NCBI RefSeq assembly: GCF_000092465.1
Contig: NC_014205.1
Span: 720,001 to 752,000 of the forward strand
Length of the DNA stretch: 32,000 nucleotides
Direction: 5' to 3'
Source of the DNA: Staphylothermus hellenicus DSM 12710
GTDB taxonomy: Archaea > Thermoproteota > Thermoprotei_A > Sulfolobales > Desulfurococcaceae
The position numbers were made by a program, and so were the translations under genes. Below the pieces are notes generated by a model. That model ran no database searches. It was not told where the DNA came from and saw only the letters and a program-made list of their open reading frames with translations. Shown here piece by piece: positions 29,146 to 32,000 of the stretch; the first letter of the stretch is position 1; each line of letters opens with the position of its first letter.

Positions 29146-29758
29146 ATGTCTAAGCCTAAAATAAAACTACCTGAACCATCATTTAAGAAATGTTTATCAA
29201 AAGATTATATTGGAGAGGAAAAGCCATCAAAAATACCGAGAAGAACCATTATCGTTGAATGGGTTATAAACGATTTTATGGGGTTCTTATGGATGTATAG
29301 ATGAGGATTGTAGAAGGAGAACGGTGCCTTCGGCCGGCGCAACATATCCTATGTAAATCCATGTATTTGTTAGAGAAAATGGTGTAACGGGTTTAGAGCA
29401 TGGAATACATTATTATGAACCATTTACCCACAGTATTATCTTAATCCACAGATGTGATCAACATAGGAAACTATATTATGCATGTTTAAACCAGAAATGG
29501 GTGTTAGATGTCCCAATAAATATTGTTATAACAGCTATTTATGAAAGAACAACTTCGTGGAATGGTAGGAGGGGAGGGGGGTTTAGATACATTTATATGG
29601 AGTCATGACATATTAGCCAAAACGCATACTTGGTCGCTACATGTCTAGGACTGGGAACAGTTGCTGTTGGAGCATTTGATGATGAGGAAATAAGGAAAAT
29701 AATTGGATTAAACAATAAATATCTAGTCCTATATGTGTTTCCTATAGGGAAAATCTAA
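29146..29758 (+). pseudogene. Nitroreductase-family (SagB-type) gene remnant
   Basis: Frame 1 reads MSKPKIKLPEPSF...GFLWMYR* (TGA 29302-29304). The +1 frame continues YGCIDEDCRRRTVPSAGATYPM*, with a TAA at 29354-29356. It then reads IHVFVRENGVTGLEHGIHYYEP...RYIYMES*, with a TGA at 29606-29608. It ends HISQNAYLVATCLGLGTVAVGAFDDEEIRKIIGL...FPIGKI*. Confidence 0.8.
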
Positions 29759-29943
29759 TAGTCAACCGGGTCTAGTTTAGAATCATAGCCAGATTCAATA
29801 ATTTTATGTTTTAATTTCCAGGATCAATAATTAATTCATTAATCGAAAAATACTGTATAAATAACTATTAGCAAAAAATATAAAATTATTGATAATATTA
29901 AAAAGTATTGTAAATATTAATACTCAGATATAAGGGAATAAAA

Positions 29944-30333
29944 TTGTTCCTGAGAAAATACAGTACAGAAGCTAAGAGACTAAGAATAAAAAGAAAAGAA
30001 CTAGAGGATGAGTATCTAGGTTTCTATGCAGACTTAATAATTAACCTATGTAAGTTACAGCCTAGAAAACTATATGTTGTAGGATTTTTTGAGGAGAAAA
30101 ACAATATGATCTATGATGTTGAAGAGGGGGTTATAATAGAAGATGGAATACCATACTATGTGAACAAAGAGAGAGGAATAAAAGAGAAGCTAAAGGATCC
30201 GGAGGATATAAAACTAGCTGTTAAAATGGCGCTCGGAGAATTATTGTTACTAGTGGATCCTCAGAGAGTTGTAAGCGATGTATTGAGCCAGCTGGTTAGG
30301 GATAGAGAACATTTAAGGACGATTGGATTTTAG
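29944..30333 (+). CDS. Hypothetical protein
   Basis: 129-aa ORF, TTG start, charged/helical. No recognised motif. The 3' end overlaps the convergent gene by 21 nt. Confidence 0.4.
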   Translation: MFLRKYSTEAKRLRIKRKELEDEYLGFYADLIINLCKLQPRKLYVVGFFEEKNNMIYDVEEGVIIEDGIPYYVNKERGIKEKLKDPEDIKLAVKMALGELLLLVDPQRVVSDVLSQLVRDREHLRTIGF

Positions 30334-30870
30334 AGACAAAATATTATGTGGTGCTGTAACAGTTATGGTTGCAACTCTTTTTCTATGATATAATCTAACA
30401 CTACGAATATAGACTACGTAATCTGGATGGGTTAAAGATACTTGTCTATTGATTTTTTCAGCAATTACTTTTATAGCGTCTAGAGAGTGTGCAGGCATAC
30501 GAGTTTCTTGCCAGTAGAGCCTGCCTCTTAGACTTACCCGATACGTTTTATCTTCTGGAATCTTTTTCTCGGCAAGCTCAGCTGATTTTTCAGCAACAAC
30601 TTCAACATATGGATCAACGATTACATCTATTGGTATAGCACGATACATTATGTTTAATTCGTCTTTTCTATTCCTCAACTCCTCCACAGCCTTATACGGA
30701 TCATCGACTTGTAATAATATAACCGATGTACCCGCATCTACAACTCTATAGTTTCCTATAATGCTTCTCAGAATAGATAATACGTATCGATAATTATCAA
30801 GCCCTGGCTCATGTGTTATAATGAGATTAAACGACAATACACATCTCCACCATATTAGTTTGATAGTCAA
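30313..30870 (-). CDS. Putative THUMP-domain RNA-binding protein
   Basis: 185 aa. The FNLIITHEPG start of the domain and the YRVSLRGRLY...HPDYVVYIRSV pattern resemble stand-alone archaeal THUMP proteins, from memory. The true start may be downstream of the annotated ATG. Confidence 0.5.
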   Translation of the reverse strand: MTIKLIWWRCVLSFNLIITHEPGLDNYRYVLSILRSIIGNYRVVDAGTSVILLQVDDPYKAVEELRNRKDELNIMYRAIPIDVIVDPYVEVVAEKSAELAEKKIPEDKTYRVSLRGRLYWQETRMPAHSLDAIKVIAEKINRQVSLTHPDYVVYIRSVRLYHRKRVATITVTAPHNILSLKSNRP

Positions 30871-30982
30871 TATCTAATCATTTATCAATGTATAATAAAT
30901 ATATCATATCCATACCTACTATTCAATGCTTAAATCGTGGAGAACAAATAAAATAATATGTCTTTAATATGGTTATATCTCA

Positions 30983-31273
30983 ATGATAGCAAATAGAAGG
31001 TGGCATTTTGTGATTGCAAGGATTGGTAGAAAAATAATCATTATACAGGAAGCTCCAACTCATTGGGATGTAAGATATGCTCTCGAAGACGTGAACCATA
31101 TATTGTTGACAAGGAAGTATAAGCCAACATATTTCTTCGAAGGAACACCTGCCATGGGACAAGGTGGATTCTCAGTAATCGTAAAACTTGACAGAGAAAT
31201 GAAAGATGAAGAACGAAGAATGCTTAGACGCTTACTAAGTAATAGAGGAATAAAAGTTATTATGGAGGATTAA
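30983..31273 (+). CDS. Hypothetical small protein
   Basis: 96-aa ORF ending 4 nt before the xdhC-like start. No recognised motif. Confidence 0.4.
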   Translation: MIANRRWHFVIARIGRKIIIIQEAPTHWDVRYALEDVNHILLTRKYKPTYFFEGTPAMGQGGFSVIVKLDREMKDEERRMLRRLLSNRGIKVIMED

Positions 31274-31277
31274 TCCC

Positions 31278-32000
31278 ATGGCAGAGAACATAATAATTTA
31301 TAAAAAGATCGTTGAAGAACTTGAAAAAAGAAACCCAGTAGCACTAGCAACAATCGTAAATAAAGAAGGAAGCGGGCCAAGAGATCCGGGTTCAAGCCTA
31401 GTTTACACAGTAGATGGAGTCAAAATAGGAACTATAGGTGGAGGACATATCGAGAAAATAATTATTGAAGAAGCCAAGAAAGCCTTACAGGAAGGGAAAC
31501 CTAGAAAAATAAAGCTTGCACTTAGAAGAGAAAATATTCCCCCAGACGCGATCAAGACAAACCAGCTATGCGGAGGAATCGTAGAAGTGTTTATAAACGT
31601 AATAAATCCTCCTCCAAGACTAATAATAACAGGCGGAGGAAACGTTGGCAAACCAATAGCTGATATAGCAAACATATTGGGTTACAAAATAATAATTATA
31701 GACACCAATCCTAAACTAGCCAATAAAGAAAGATTCCCCTATGCTGAAAAAGTCTTAGCTGGAAACATAGTAGAAAAACTAGAATCAATTAAATACTCAC
31801 CATTCGATATAGTTGTTATTGCATATGGAGAAGTAGAAACAGATTATCAATCACTAAAAACACTAGTAAAGAACAAATTCCCAGGACACATATGGGCACT
31901 ATGCAGTAGAACCCGTGCAACATGGATGCTTAAACGACTCGTCGAAGAAGAAAATATTGAACTAGACAACATAGTAGATAAACTACACATGCCCGCCGGG
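31278..32000 (+). CDS. xdhC: XdhC/CoxI-family accessory protein, N-terminal 241 codons (continues past the right edge)
   Basis: Not in the track because it runs off the edge. MAENIIIYKKIVEELEKRNPVALATIVNKEGSGPRDPGSSLVY...IGTIGGGHIEK...LCGGIVEVFINV...RLIITGGGNVGKPIADIANILGYKIIIIDTNP...LHMPAG. This is the XdhC N-domain followed by a Rossmann-like domain pattern. Confidence 0.85.
   Translation, partial: MAENIIIYKKIVEELEKRNPVALATIVNKEGSGPRDPGSSLVYTVDGVKIGTIGGGHIEKIIIEEAKKALQEGKPRKIKLALRRENIPPDAIKTNQLCGGIVEVFINVINPPPRLIITGGGNVGKPIADIANILGYKIIIIDTNPKLANKERFPYAEKVLAGNIVEKLESIKYSPFDIVVIAYGEVETDYQSLKTLVKNKFPGHIWALCSRTRATWMLKRLVEEENIELDNIVDKLHMPAG

Overview
This is an AT-rich, densely coding archaeal chromosome segment. 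I infer a crenarchaeal hyperthermophile from the ThiD-ThiN fusion, Thi4, the SOR/flavodiiron/peroxiredoxin set, frequent TTG/GTG starts and a GC-rich RNA island. Left to right: the 5' part of ileS (-); an ABC-2 exporter operon (ATPase plus two permeases); an HD-domain dNTPase-like protein; an MscS channel; a secreted/membrane-anchored gene pair of unknown function; a zinc-ribbon miniprotein; peroxiredoxin; an M42 aminopeptidase; a flavodiiron protein; and a ferritin-like/VIT1 fusion. Next comes a 1.35 kb ORF-free AT-rich gap. At its centre is a ~285-nt, 62% GC, unbranched rod-like hairpin with a + strand G-U wobble signature and an upstream TATA box. This is my best candidate for something undescribed. 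After the gap: a thiamine island (tenA, ykoE-like, thi4, ykoC, ykoD, thiDN); an SOR / small CxxC protein / Lrp array; an Fe-ADH; a membrane-anchored ATPase-less Lon-like protease; and ogt. Then a decayed second ECF-type importer operon, with a 17-bp tandem duplication in the S component and two frameshifts in the fused ATPase. Then a DUF47/PhoU-like protein, a nitroreductase pseudogene (one frameshift, two nonsense codons), hypothetical proteins, a THUMP-like protein and the 5' part of an xdhC-like gene. I saw no rRNA, tRNA, CRISPR array, transposase or integrase. All calls rest on hand translation, motif recall and hand base-pairing; no database search was possible.
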